In this document: piece by piece, positions 17,897-26,960 of the stretch | Position numbering within the stretch: the stretch's first letter is position 1 | Layout of the letters: each line of letters begins with the position of its first letter | Assembly: GCA_964476895.1 (NCBI GenBank) | Contig: CAYZCS010000001.1 | Coordinates: forward strand, 1,351-65,350 | Direction of reading: 5' to 3' | Length of the DNA stretch: 64,000 nt | Source: an uncultured Candidatus Saccharibacteria bacterium | Lineage (GTDB): Bacteria; Patescibacteriota; SICC01 | Translations under genes and position numbers: made by a program | The notes under the pieces: model-generated | Database searches by the model: none | What the model was told of the DNA's origin: nothing | What the model saw: the letters and a program-made list of their open reading frames with translations, nothing else

Positions 17897-20245
17897 ATGC
17901 CTGAATCCGACGGATTGGAGTTCGGGGGCGAGCACCCCGAGAACCTCCAGTACACCACCAAGGACGCGCGGCTCCTCAACCAGACCGAAACCGGCATCGC
18001 CCGGGCGGTCGCCGAAGAGTCGGAAAACTTCCTCGAACGCCAGTACGGACGGGTCTATATCGTCACGGATATCCCCTTCACCAACGACGCCTACGACGTC
18101 GGCGAGATCATCACCGACACGTTCCAACGCGAGTTCTTCGGGGATCTCAACCGCTCCGTCGGCGATGCGTTCGAGCACGCCCTGACGGTCCTCAATCAGA
18201 CGCTGGCCGACCTGGCCGCCGAAGGACAGTCCGACTGGGTCGGCAGGCTGAATGCGGTCATTTCCGTGGTCCACGAGAACCACATCTTCGTGACGCAGGC
18301 CGGAAGCGCCAAGGCGTACCTCGTCCGGGGCCACTCCTCCACCGACATCACCGAAGGGCTTTCCGAGCCGCCGGCCGGCGGCCAGACCGCGAAGACGTTC
18401 CTGAACGTCGCGGAGGGCGCGCTCGAGGTCGGCGACAAACTGGTGCTGGCCACGCCGGAGCTGCTGGAGCGGATCCAGATCCGCGACCTCCGCCGCACCG
18501 TCTTCCTGCATCCGCCGATCCGCACGATCCAGAAGCTCGCCGAACAACTCACCGAGCAACGTCCGGAACGGTTCGCGTCGGTGTTCGTCGAACTCACTAC
18601 CGTGGACCTGATCTCGACGGAGACCCTTTCCGAGGAACCGAACGAGATCATCCTGTCCGCACCGCGCCGACACTTCGAATCGCTCCAGCGGTTCCGCCCG
18701 CTCCGCAAGGACACCCCAGCCGCCGAACTGGCCGACAAGGCCCGCAAGCGTTGGGAACGGGAACTCCGACCGCGGGTCCAGCGGGCCACGGCAGGACTGA
18801 CCCACCGGGTCCGTTCCTGGCAGGCTTCCCGAAAGGGCGAGACGCCCCCGCCTCCGCCGCCGCGGCACGCGGCCGGCACCCCCGAGACCGAGCACCCGAA
18901 ACCGCGGTCCGACCGGCCGGTGACCGGTGCCGGAAGCCCGAATGCCGCCCTGGAGACCGTCCGACGGTTCGGCCGGCAGGCGGCCGAGTCCGCCCGTCCC
19001 GTCACCAGCAAGCTCCGGGAGCTCTGGGAGAAGAGCGGTATTCCGCGTTCCGGTGCTTGGCAGCGCGTCTCCGGAGTCGTCCGAAAGATTACCGCCCCGG
19101 TCTACCAGCGGGTGGCCGCCCTTCCCTGGCGCGACCAGTTCGCCGGCGACAAGCGGACCCTCTACCGGAACCTGATCCTTGCCGGCGCGCTGGTCCTGCT
19201 GATCAGCATCGCGCTCTCCGTGAATGCCGCCCAGAACCGCAAGGCCGAAGCCGACGTCCGCGAACGGATCGAGCAGGTCGAGGAGCTCCAGGCCAAGGCG
19301 GAAGCCAGCTTCATCTTCAAGGACGTGGCCGGCGCGCGGAAGCAACTCGCCGAGGCCCGGACACAGGCGAACGAACTCGAGCGGGAGGGCATCCTCGAGG
19401 ACGAGGTGTCCACGCTCCAGAAGAGCCTGACCGTCTCGGCGGACCGGATCAACGTGGTGGTCCGGGTGCAGGAGCCGATCGCCGACTTCCGGGAGCAGGC
19501 GGACGGCCCGCTGATCTCGATGGCCCAGTCCGGCACCAGCCTCTACGCGTTCGGCAAGCAATCGCCGGTCGTCACCTTCAACCTGAACGGCAGCGAGACC
19601 ACCGTCGGTGAGGAGCCGCCGGCGCAAAGCGCGGTCACCGGCACCGCGACGACCTCGAACGGCGACGTCCTCCTGCTGACCGACAAGCCGGCCCTGGTCC
19701 AGCTCGACACCGCTTCCGGCGCGGCCGCGGAAATCGAGATCGGGACCGGCGGCAGCTGGGAGCGCGGCTCGGCGGTCGACACCGTCCAGCAGAACGCGTA
19801 CATCCTTTCACCCGACGACGACCAGGTCTGGCGCCACACCCGGACGCTCTCCGCGTTCAACCGGGGCGAACCGTACTTCGACGGCGAAGTCGACCTGGAA
19901 GGCGCGGTCGATCTCGTGACCGGCGCGGCGGTGCACATCCTGAAGTCCGACGGCACGGTGATCCGGGCCAGCGGTGGCCAACCGGCGGACCTGCCGCTCG
20001 CGAAGCCACCCGCTCCGGACAGCTCGCTCGACGGCGCGACCGCGCTGGCGATCAACTTCGCGAACGACCACCTCTTCGTGGCCGATCCGGAGCGGAAGCG
20101 CGTGGTCGAGTTCAACGCCGACGGCGCCTACGTCCGCCAGTTCCGCAGCGATGACTTCGGCGACATCACCGACATCATCGTCGACGACAAGACGGAGCAG
20201 CTCTTCGTGCTCTCCGGCAACCGGCTTTGGCAAGTCGAGCTGTGA
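17897..20245 (+). CDS. large hypothetical protein with a central TM/coiled-coil segment and a repeat-rich C-terminal domain
   Basis: 782-aa ORF; the N-terminal region faintly resembles a PP2C-like fold (VISVVHENHIFVTQAGSAKAYLVRG); central LILAGALVLLISIAL helix. Confidence 0.55.
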   Translation: MPESDGLEFGGEHPENLQYTTKDARLLNQTETGIARAVAEESENFLERQYGRVYIVTDIPFTNDAYDVGEIITDTFQREFFGDLNRSVGDAFEHALTVLNQTLADLAAEGQSDWVGRLNAVISVVHENHIFVTQAGSAKAYLVRGHSSTDITEGLSEPPAGGQTAKTFLNVAEGALEVGDKLVLATPELLERIQIRDLRRTVFLHPPIRTIQKLAEQLTEQRPERFASVFVELTTVDLISTETLSEEPNEIILSAPRRHFESLQRFRPLRKDTPAAELADKARKRWERELRPRVQRATAGLTHRVRSWQASRKGETPPPPPPRHAAGTPETEHPKPRSDRPVTGAGSPNAALETVRRFGRQAAESARPVTSKLRELWEKSGIPRSGAWQRVSGVVRKITAPVYQRVAALPWRDQFAGDKRTLYRNLILAGALVLLISIALSVNAAQNRKAEADVRERIEQVEELQAKAEASFIFKDVAGARKQLAEARTQANELEREGILEDEVSTLQKSLTVSADRINVVVRVQEPIADFREQADGPLISMAQSGTSLYAFGKQSPVVTFNLNGSETTVGEEPPAQSAVTGTATTSNGDVLLLTDKPALVQLDTASGAAAEIEIGTGGSWERGSAVDTVQQNAYILSPDDDQVWRHTRTLSAFNRGEPYFDGEVDLEGAVDLVTGAAVHILKSDGTVIRASGGQPADLPLAKPPAPDSSLDGATALAINFANDHLFVADPERKRVVEFNADGAYVRQFRSDDFGDITDIIVDDKTEQLFVLSGNRLWQVEL

Positions 20246-21069
20246 TGCCAGACGCGGAACATCCTTCCTGGTCCGAACTGGCGAAGCGTCCCTACCCGGA
20301 ACACATCTACGATTCCGTCAGAACCGGAATTGCCAAGGGGCTGATCGAGAAGGAACTACGGAAGCAGCTTCCTGAACTGGGAACGGATGCCCAGGAGGCA
20401 CTCCGGTGTGGCATTGACCACTGGACGGATGGCAGCAGGGTCGGCTTGGCGGGTATCCATGATTTCTGGAACGGGTTCGACGGCATTACCCGGGGCTTCA
20501 AGCTCAAGCAATTCCTACCGGTACTGACCGGCAGGAACGTTTCCTGGGAGCGCACCGAGGTGGCGATCGCATCGGTCACGACGACCGCGGACCTGCCCGT
20601 GATGGAATCGCTCGAAGGACCTCCTTATCCGATACCGGACCTGCTGAAGGCGCTCGAGGATCCGAAGGTGCGGGCAGCATTCAAAAAGGACTCCGACCAC
20701 CATGCAGAGCATCCTGTCCGTCGTGACCACTATCCCGTGATCCTGATGAACGACGGTACGACAAAGAACACCATGGATGGCAATCGGCGGATCATCCGGG
20801 CGGCTGTCTACGACCGCCCCACGATCGACGCTTGGGTCGGCACGATCACTGACGGAAACCGCCCCTGCGACTATTGGGTCACCACCGGCTACCTACGGAA
20901 CCTGGTCCGGTTCGCCGAAGAACAAGGAAACGATGCCGTCACCGAAGCGACGTTCACTATCCTTAGGACCTTGATGAGCGAGACTGAAATCGCCAAGACA
21001 AACTACCGCTTGCGAATCATGAAGCCGGGATCATTCGGGGAAGCGCTCGGCAAACGCCTTGGGCTTTAG
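20245..21069 (+). CDS. hypothetical protein
   Basis: ATG overlaps the upstream TGA (TGATG); local GC is lower than the neighbours. Confidence 0.5.
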   Translation: MPDAEHPSWSELAKRPYPEHIYDSVRTGIAKGLIEKELRKQLPELGTDAQEALRCGIDHWTDGSRVGLAGIHDFWNGFDGITRGFKLKQFLPVLTGRNVSWERTEVAIASVTTTADLPVMESLEGPPYPIPDLLKALEDPKVRAAFKKDSDHHAEHPVRRDHYPVILMNDGTTKNTMDGNRRIIRAAVYDRPTIDAWVGTITDGNRPCDYWVTTGYLRNLVRFAEEQGNDAVTEATFTILRTLMSETEIAKTNYRLRIMKPGSFGEALGKRLGL

Positions 21070-21154
21070 GCTCAGGCCTTTCCGCGGACCAGCAGCAGGC
21101 CCCGTTCTCCAGGTTCCGGCTGACTGACCAGCGAGACCTTAAGGACTTTCTGCT

Positions 21155-22720
21155 TCACAGCTTCTCCGGCAGCTCGATCCCGACGGTCTCGCCGACCTGT
21201 TCCAGCACCAGCTTGGTAGCCTCGACGAGCCGGAGCCGCGCCGCGGTGAGCTCCTTGTCGTCCGAAACCACGCGGCACTGCTCGTAGAACTTGTGGAACG
21301 CGTCGGCCACGCCGAGCGCGTAGTGCGGCACCCGTTGGATCTGGTAGTCCTCCGCCGTCTGCCGGATGACCTCGGGAAACGCCGAGAGCTCCTGGACCAG
21401 CGCGAACTCCGCGGGCTCGACGAGCTTGCCGAGGTCGGCGTCCTTCTTCTTCGCGCCGCGGCCGGCCTGCCGAAGGATTCCCGCCACCCGCGCGTACGCG
21501 TACTTCAGGTAGTAGACGGGATTCTTCTGGCTCTGCTCCTTCGCCAGGTCGAGGTCGAAGTCCATGTGGGTGTCCCAGCCGCGCATCACGAAGAAAAAGC
21601 GCGCCACGTCGGACGGGATCTCGGCGAGCAGCTCGTCGAGCGCTACGTACGTGCCGGCCCGCTTGCTCATCTTCACTTCCTGGCCGCCGCGGGTCAGCCG
21701 GACGAGCTGCGTGACGAGGACCTGCAGCTTCCCGTCGAAGTGGTCCGCCTGACGGAGGAACTCGACGCCCGCCTCCATCCGCTTGATGTAGCCGTGATGG
21801 TCGGCGCCCCAGATGTCGATCGCCAGGTCGAGCTGCCGTTTCGCCAGTTTGTGGTAGTGGTAGGCGAGGTCGGCCGCGAAGTAGGTCAGCGCGCCATCAG
21901 ACTTCCGGAGCACGCGGTCCTTGTCGTCATCATGGTGAGTGGTCTTGAGCCAGAGCGCGCCGTCCTTCTCGTACGCCGCGTCGATCTTCTCGAAGCCGGC
22001 AAGTACGCGCTCGATCTCGCCGGTCTCGTGCAGCTCCTTCCGCTCCGAGAACCAATCGTCGAACCGGATCCCCATCCGCTCGATCGTCTTCCGGATCTCT
22101 TCCGTCATCAGCGCGGCAGCCTCCGCCCCGACTTCCGCCGCGGTCTTCGCGGTATCCACCTTGGTCTTCAGCTCCGCGACGTACTCGCCCTTGTAGGCGT
22201 CTTCCTCACCCCGGAGCGTGGCGCCGAGCTGTTCCACCTGGAAACCGGCGTCGTTCAGGTAGTACTCACGGCTGACCGTGTGCCCGGCCCGCGTCACCAC
22301 GTTCGCCAGGACATCACCGCCGTAACCGCCGCGGCCGTTACCGAGCGTAAGCGGACCGGTCGGATTCGCGGAGATGAACTCGACCTGGATCTTCCGGCCG
22401 GTCTCCGGGAGCCGCCCGAAGTCCTTGTCCGCTTCCAAGATCTCCGCGACCACGCCCTGCCACGCGGCCGGGCTCAACCGGAAGTTGAGGAACCCCGGAC
22501 CGGCGACCTCGACCGCGTTGAACATCTCCTCGGTCGAGAGCTTTTCCTGGAGCTGCTCGGCCAGGCTGCGCGGGTTCACGCCCCGCTTCTTGCCGAGCAC
22601 CATCGCCACGTTCGAGGCGTAGTCCCCATGCTCGGGCTGCTTCGGGCGCTCGACCGAGAAGTCGGCGTCTTCCGCCTCGGCGAGTTTCGTGAGCAGTGTA
22701 CGTATTTGTTGAGCAAGCAT
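21155..22720 (-). CDS. argS: arginine--tRNA ligase
   Basis: HIGH-region equivalent SANPTGPLTLGNGRGG and a class I ArgS C-terminal anticodon-binding region; start at the MLAQQIRTLL ATG, since the track ORF extends 206 codons upstream through non-coding sequence. Confidence 0.85.
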   Translation of the reverse strand: MLAQQIRTLLTKLAEAEDADFSVERPKQPEHGDYASNVAMVLGKKRGVNPRSLAEQLQEKLSTEEMFNAVEVAGPGFLNFRLSPAAWQGVVAEILEADKDFGRLPETGRKIQVEFISANPTGPLTLGNGRGGYGGDVLANVVTRAGHTVSREYYLNDAGFQVEQLGATLRGEEDAYKGEYVAELKTKVDTAKTAAEVGAEAAALMTEEIRKTIERMGIRFDDWFSERKELHETGEIERVLAGFEKIDAAYEKDGALWLKTTHHDDDKDRVLRKSDGALTYFAADLAYHYHKLAKRQLDLAIDIWGADHHGYIKRMEAGVEFLRQADHFDGKLQVLVTQLVRLTRGGQEVKMSKRAGTYVALDELLAEIPSDVARFFFVMRGWDTHMDFDLDLAKEQSQKNPVYYLKYAYARVAGILRQAGRGAKKKDADLGKLVEPAEFALVQELSAFPEVIRQTAEDYQIQRVPHYALGVADAFHKFYEQCRVVSDDKELTAARLRLVEATKLVLEQVGETVGIELPEKL

Positions 22721-22789
22721 AAGATTGATACCATTATCCGTCGTTCGCAGGTCCAGGTAAAACGTTCGTTCACAATTAAGGGAGGACCC

Positions 22790-22945
22790 ATGAGTTCCAG
22801 GAACAACGGCAGCCACAGCGCTGACGGCTTGGTGTTGGTCGCGCTCCTCGTCATCATCGTATCCGTAGCGTTTGCCGTATCCATGGCCGCGGACAGCGAC
22901 AGCGGCTCGATCCTGCCTCACTACGTCGTCGCCGTGCCAATCTGA
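22790..22945 (+). CDS. micro-ORF 1: single-TM small protein (51 aa)
   Basis: strong SD (AAGGGAGGA) 7 nt upstream of the ATG; hydrophobic core LVLVALLVIIVSVAFAV. Confidence 0.5.
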   Translation: MSSRNNGSHSADGLVLVALLVIIVSVAFAVSMAADSDSGSILPHYVVAVPI

Positions 22946-23002
22946 CCAACGTTCGTTCACAACCGACGGATCACCGGCAACAGCCGGAGAAAGGGATTTC
23001 CC

Positions 23003-23161
23003 ATGGACCGGAAAGACCACGGCAGCTTCACCGGCATGTCGCCGACCGTCGTGATCATCGGCATCGTCTGCTTCGTGATCCTCCTGATCGCCCTCGGCGT
23101 GGGCATCGAGGACCAGTACGGCACGCCACACGACCCGGCGCCTCCGGCGCAGACCCGGTAA
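23003..23161 (+). CDS. micro-ORF 2: single-TM small protein (52 aa)
   Basis: SD-like GGAGAAAGGGA upstream; TVVIIGIVCFVILLIALGVG helix; below the ORF-track cutoff. Confidence 0.5.
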   Translation: MDRKDHGSFTGMSPTVVIIGIVCFVILLIALGVGIEDQYGTPHDPAPPAQTR

Positions 23162-23182
23162 CCGCGCAACCAAGGAGATCCA

Positions 23183-23290
23183 ATGAACGAGAAAAGGGCG
23201 TTCGAAGCGCTCGGCTTTCTGCTCCTCATCGGGGGTGGTGTCATCTGCATCGGCATCGTCCTTCTGACAACCGCCGGTTGCGGTTCCTGA
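23183..23290 (+). CDS. micro-ORF 3: single-TM small protein (35 aa)
   Basis: SD AAGGAGA 6 nt upstream; LGFLLLIGGGVICIGIVLLTTAG helix; immediately followed by the T1 terminator. Confidence 0.45.
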   Translation: MNEKRAFEALGFLLLIGGGVICIGIVLLTTAGCGS

Positions 23291-23308
23291 CATCCCCACA
23301 CCGGCAAA

Positions 23309-23357
23309 CCCCTGACCCACCAACGTCCGCAAGGACATGGGTCAGGGGTTTCTATTT
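23309..23357 (+). terminator. structured intrinsic terminator, copy T1 of a 3-copy repeat
   Basis: outer stem CCCCTGACCCA/TGGGTCAGGGG, inner hairpin GTCC-GCAA-GGAC, then TTTCTATTT. Confidence 0.7.
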
Positions 23358-23387
23358 GCCTATCCGGAATTCAGGCATAATCGAGGC

Positions 23388-23837
23388 ATGAAGGTCATCG
23401 CGAAGAACCGGCGGGCCCGGCACGACTACATCCTCGAACAGACGTACGAGGCGGGCTTGGCGCTGACCGGCGCCGAGGTGAAGTCGATCAAGGCGAGCGA
23501 CATCTCGATCCAGGAAGCATACGTGATCATCCGCGGCGGCGAGGCGTACCTGCTCGGGGCGCACGTGAAGCCGTGGCACGGCGCCGACGGCGAACCCGAC
23601 CCTACCCGGACCCGGAAGCTCCTGCTCCACCGCCGCGAACTGGACAAGCTGGTCGGCGCGACCAAGGAAAAGGGCCGCACCCTCGTGCCGGTCACGGTCG
23701 GGCTCAGCAAAGGTCTGGTCAAGCTCGAGATCGCGCTCGCCCGCGGCAAGAAGATCCACGACAAACGCGAGACGCTCAAGCGCCGCCAGGCCGACCGCGA
23801 GGCCGCCCAAGCGGTCAAGCGTGCCACGAAAAGCTAG
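23388..23837 (+). CDS. smpB: SsrA-binding protein
   Basis: MKVIAKNRRARHDYILEQTYEAGLALTGAEVKS and the conserved SmpB core; SD GAGG 5 nt upstream. Confidence 0.9.
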   Translation: MKVIAKNRRARHDYILEQTYEAGLALTGAEVKSIKASDISIQEAYVIIRGGEAYLLGAHVKPWHGADGEPDPTRTRKLLLHRRELDKLVGATKEKGRTLVPVTVGLSKGLVKLEIALARGKKIHDKRETLKRRQADREAAQAVKRATKS

Positions 23838-23868
23838 TCCATTGACAAACTTCTGAGAATCCGTAGAC

Positions 23869-24339
23869 TTGGATATCGTGAGCCTACGATCCGCATCCCC
23901 CGACTCCGAACCGGGGTCGAGACCCGACCTCGACCTCGAACCTGCCGCCGAGACCGCGGCGGGAGGCGAAGCGTTCCCCGCGGAGCCAGGCATCCCCATC
24001 GAGCCAGCCGGCGAAGACAGCGGTGAATCGAGCCCTGACGCCGACATCGTCGCCCCGGAACCGCTTGGCAAACTGGATCCGGACAGTTTCCGCGGGCGGT
24101 CCGAGACCCGGGCCAGTGCGACGAGCGGCCCGCAGTTGGAGCGCCTACTGGAGACGTTCCCATCAGGAGTCGGGCGCTACTTCCGCGAACGCACGGATGC
24201 CCGGACCGGCAAGAAGGGGCCCGGGCCCCTTCCCCGTGCACCGCTCAGTGGCCGCGGCACAGACGCGATCATGCGGGTCAAGAAAGCCCGGAAATACCTG
24301 GAAGACCGGGCTACGCCACGCGACGAAGCGGATAAATAG
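23869..24339 (+). CDS. hypothetical acidic low-complexity protein
   Basis: ORF with Pro/Glu/Asp-rich composition; coding status uncertain. Confidence 0.3.
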   Translation: MDIVSLRSASPDSEPGSRPDLDLEPAAETAAGGEAFPAEPGIPIEPAGEDSGESSPDADIVAPEPLGKLDPDSFRGRSETRASATSGPQLERLLETFPSGVGRYFRERTDARTGKKGPGPLPRAPLSGRGTDAIMRVKKARKYLEDRATPRDEADK

Positions 24340-24955
24340 CGCCGTCGAACGGCTCATCCAGCCGGTACTGCCGCTGTTCCGCGGTCGTGCCGTCGAAGCG
24401 TAACGCGAGCGCGGTGTCGGGGCTCGGTGCCGTCGAGAGCATCAGCTCGCTATCCTCAAACCACTCGGAATCCCGGTCCAGCAGGTAGTACAGCTCGGGC
24501 GCGTTCGCCAGCACGAGCGGTTCCGCGGGATTACCCGGCAGGTCCATCCGGAGCATGCCCAGGCTCGTGAAGAAATCGGCTGCCGTTTCCGGCTCCGAAC
24601 TCATGCACCGCCGGGCGATCTCCCCTGCATCCAGCGGTTCCTCATAGACGGCGTACCAGCCCGGACCGCTGACTGCCTGGTCGAAGACGTCGCTCCACCG
24701 TTCGGGAACCGGCCGGTCATTGCGTCGGAACGGCACGAACCGGACCCGCACGCCGTGCTCCTCGAACCGCTCCAGGTCGCCGTCATGGAAGCGCCGCGGC
24801 AACCGGCTGATCGCCGTGATGTCGAGCACCCGGCTGGCCCGCTCGAGTTCCCGTGCCTCCAGCGATTCCACGAAGTAGCGCTCCTGCACCGGTTGGAGCC
24901 CGGTGAGCTCCTCGTCCGGATCGAATCCGTGGTCTGGCGTAGGTTCGTCGATCAT
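24311..24955 (-). CDS. hypothetical protein
   Basis: start at MIDEPTPDHG; the longer track ORF has a basic non-coding-looking extension. Confidence 0.45.
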   Translation of the reverse strand: MIDEPTPDHGFDPDEELTGLQPVQERYFVESLEARELERASRVLDITAISRLPRRFHDGDLERFEEHGVRVRFVPFRRNDRPVPERWSDVFDQAVSGPGWYAVYEEPLDAGEIARRCMSSEPETAADFFTSLGMLRMDLPGNPAEPLVLANAPELYYLLDRDSEWFEDSELMLSTAPSPDTALALRFDGTTAEQRQYRLDEPFDGAIYPLRRVA

Positions 24956-25145
24956 GGTGTTCCTTGGTTCCGCAAAGTGACGGCGTGCGGGTGACACCCC
25001 TTGATACCGCGCTTTGGAAAAGTCGTCAACCGCTGTGCGGGGCGCGCGGCGGCAAGCTGGAAAATCTCCGGACCGCCCGGGCCGCGGGCCAGGAATCTCT
25101 TTTTTGGGAACATCAGCCTTGCGGCGCAATCCCAAATTCCTTACA

Positions 25146-25463
25146 ATGCAGTCACTTTTTAGCCGTATCGGTAGCTACTTAACAACCAGGGAACAGGCAC
25201 GAAAGGAAATCATCGTGGGAGACGAACGGAGCCCCTCCGAAATAGAAGCAGACAAGAGGAAACAGGAACGATGGTACAGGGAGCACATGAGGGAGGAGCA
25301 AAGAAGAAGAGACAGGGGAGAACCGACCCATCAAGAGATATGGGAACAGAAACAACGCAAAGAGTCCATAAAAGCGTTCGTGCAAGTCGGGAGCGGGGTG
25401 GTGGCAATCTTGATCATCATCGGTTCCATCGTGTGGGCCGGCGTGGAGCTGTTCACCGGTTGA
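25146..25463 (+). CDS. hypothetical protein with a charged N-region and a C-terminal TM helix
   Basis: MQSLFSRIG...VQVGSGVVAILIIIGSIVWAGV; lies in a lower-GC patch and is followed by terminator T2. Confidence 0.5.
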   Translation: MQSLFSRIGSYLTTREQARKEIIVGDERSPSEIEADKRKQERWYREHMREEQRRRDRGEPTHQEIWEQKQRKESIKAFVQVGSGVVAILIIIGSIVWAGVELFTG

Positions 25464-25525
25464 TTGACACTATGCGCGTCACCGCAGAAGTAATCCGCGT
25501 CCGAAGCCCTCGCCGTCAATCAATA

Positions 25526-25579
25526 CCCCCCTGACCCACCAACGGTTCTTACGGACCAAGGGTCAGGGGGTTTCATTTT
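25526..25579 (+). terminator. structured intrinsic terminator, copy T2
   Basis: CCCCCTGACCCACC...inner GGTTC-TTAC-GGACC...GGTCAGGGGG then TTTCATTTTG. Confidence 0.7.
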
Positions 25580-25684
25580 GGCAGATTGTCGTTGTCCGCC
25601 TGCAGACGACGCTGTACAATGGCTGACTCGACAGTCAGGTAGCTTCATTAACAATCCGCAAACCACCAATGGGGAGAGATACAC

Positions 25685-25996
25685 ATGGGCCTTGAGGCCG
25701 GTAACGAGCACCACTACACTGGGGGGCCGGAACAGTGGCAACCCTCACCTTCACCCAGCATTCCCGCGGTGTTCTTCGGAATCATATTCCTGGCGGGTTT
25801 CTTTTTCTTCTTTCTGATGCTCACGTCGGCGCTCCTGATCCATATCCTCGGCGAAATCACGCCGCTGAGCAGCGAAGGCATTCAAGGATCGGTCGGGAGC
25901 ATCATCCTCGTCGTGAACGGGATCCTGGCCGGTATCGGAGCACTGTATATCGGAATAACCTACGCAGCAGAAGAAAGAGGCAAAAGCTCTGCATAA
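25685..25996 (+). CDS. small membrane protein (two predicted TM helices)
   Basis: FFGIIFLAGFFFFFLML and IILVVNGILAGIGALYIGI helices; followed by T3. Confidence 0.5.
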   Translation: MGLEAGNEHHYTGGPEQWQPSPSPSIPAVFFGIIFLAGFFFFFLMLTSALLIHILGEITPLSSEGIQGSVGSIILVVNGILAGIGALYIGITYAAEERGKSSA

Positions 25997-26004
25997 GAAC
26001 ACTT

Positions 26005-26057
26005 CCCCTGACCCACCAACGGTTCTTACGAACCACGGGTCAGGGGGTTCTTTTTGC
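26005..26057 (+). terminator. structured intrinsic terminator, copy T3
   Basis: CCCCTGACCCACCAACGGTTCTTACGAACCACGGGTCAGGGGG then TTCTTTTTG. Confidence 0.7.
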
Positions 26058-26101
26058 AAGGCGAGTCTCGGCCGAACCCGGAATTCAGGCGTAATCGAAC
26101 C

Positions 26102-26185
26102 ATGAACGCCGAGAACCGGCGCGACCGGAAGGACTATCTGCTTGAGCAGACGTTCGAGGCGGGTATCGCGCCGTCGAACGGCCTA
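26102..26185 (+). pseudogene. smpB 5' fragment: diverged duplicate of the smpB upstream region plus the first ~27 codons
   Basis: CCGGAATTCAGGCGTAATCGAACCATGAACGCCGAGAACCGGCGCGACCGGAAGGACTAT... aligns at about 75% nt identity with 23362-23470; encodes MNAENRRDRKDYLLEQTFEAGIA (SmpB: MKVIAKNRRARHDYILEQTYEAGLA) and then runs into the purN 3' end on the opposite strand. Confidence 0.6.
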
Positions 26186-26848
26186 CCCGCGGTGCGGAGT
26201 ACGCGCGCCGGCGACCGTGCAGATCTCGGCGAGGGCGCGGGTCAGCGCCTTGTGCTCCGCCGGCTTGATCCGGGCGTAGAGCTTCTCGACCGTGTCGCCG
26301 TCTTTCACGTCCACCATCGCCCGCTGGAACACCGGCCCCACACCGCCGTCCGGCGTGTGCGCGAAGACGCTCGAACCCGCCCACTTTTGTCCGGCCGCCA
26401 GCACCGCCTGGATCGCGTTCTCGCCAGCCAGGCCCAGGCACGGGTCGGCGAAGTTGCCGTCCGGCAGCTTGAACTTGTGATAGCCCGGGTCGGGGATGAG
26501 TCCCGGATGCACCGAGAGCACCCGCCACGGGAAGTACTTATGGAAGGCTTCGGAGAGGTCGTACGTCCAGCCCGCCAGGACGACCAGGTCCGGGGCATAG
26601 CGCTGGAGCTTGTGGGCCAGGTCCTCCTCGTAGTGCGCGCGGGGCTTCCCGTGCGCGGCGTAGTCCGCGTGGTCCAGCACGACGGTCGGCACGTCCGCCT
26701 CGCGGGCACGCACCAGGCCGTAGGCGCTCTCCTTGTCCGACGCCACCGCCACGACCTGGCCGTCGAACCGCTCGGCCTGGCCGTCCAGCATGGCCTGCAG
26801 GTTGGAGCCGCCGCTTTTGTTCGAGATCAGTACCGCGATGCGTTTCAT
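26183..26848 (-). CDS. purN: phosphoribosylglycinamide formyltransferase
   Basis: MKRIAVLISNKSGGSNLQA N-terminus and the formyl-transferase HPGLIP region. Confidence 0.8.
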   Translation of the reverse strand: MKRIAVLISNKSGGSNLQAMLDGQAERFDGQVVAVASDKESAYGLVRAREADVPTVVLDHADYAAHGKPRAHYEEDLAHKLQRYAPDLVVLAGWTYDLSEAFHKYFPWRVLSVHPGLIPDPGYHKFKLPDGNFADPCLGLAGENAIQAVLAAGQKWAGSSVFAHTPDGGVGPVFQRAMVDVKDGDTVEKLYARIKPAEHKALTRALAEICTVAGARTPHRG

Positions 26849-26960
26849 GTGGTGTGGGTTTTCGGCGGATCCATGCGTGGACCTGCCGTTTGCCGTCATG
26901 ATAGCACGCCTGGGCGTGGCTGGCGGTGCCACGCCGAGCGGTCTCTGCTAGGCTCTAGGC

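Noticed and set aside
21155-23338. Full 727-aa extent of the argS track ORF
   Set aside because: The N-terminal 206 residues are low-complexity with no ArgS similarity and overlap the plus-strand micro-ORFs. The ArgS N-terminal domain begins at the MLAQQIRTLL methionine.
23309-26057. Possibility that the three repeated units are a CRISPR array
   Set aside because: Only three copies with very unequal spacing (about 2.2 kb and 0.43 kb), each a hairpin plus U-tract at an operon end. The intervening sequence is coding; there are no cas genes.
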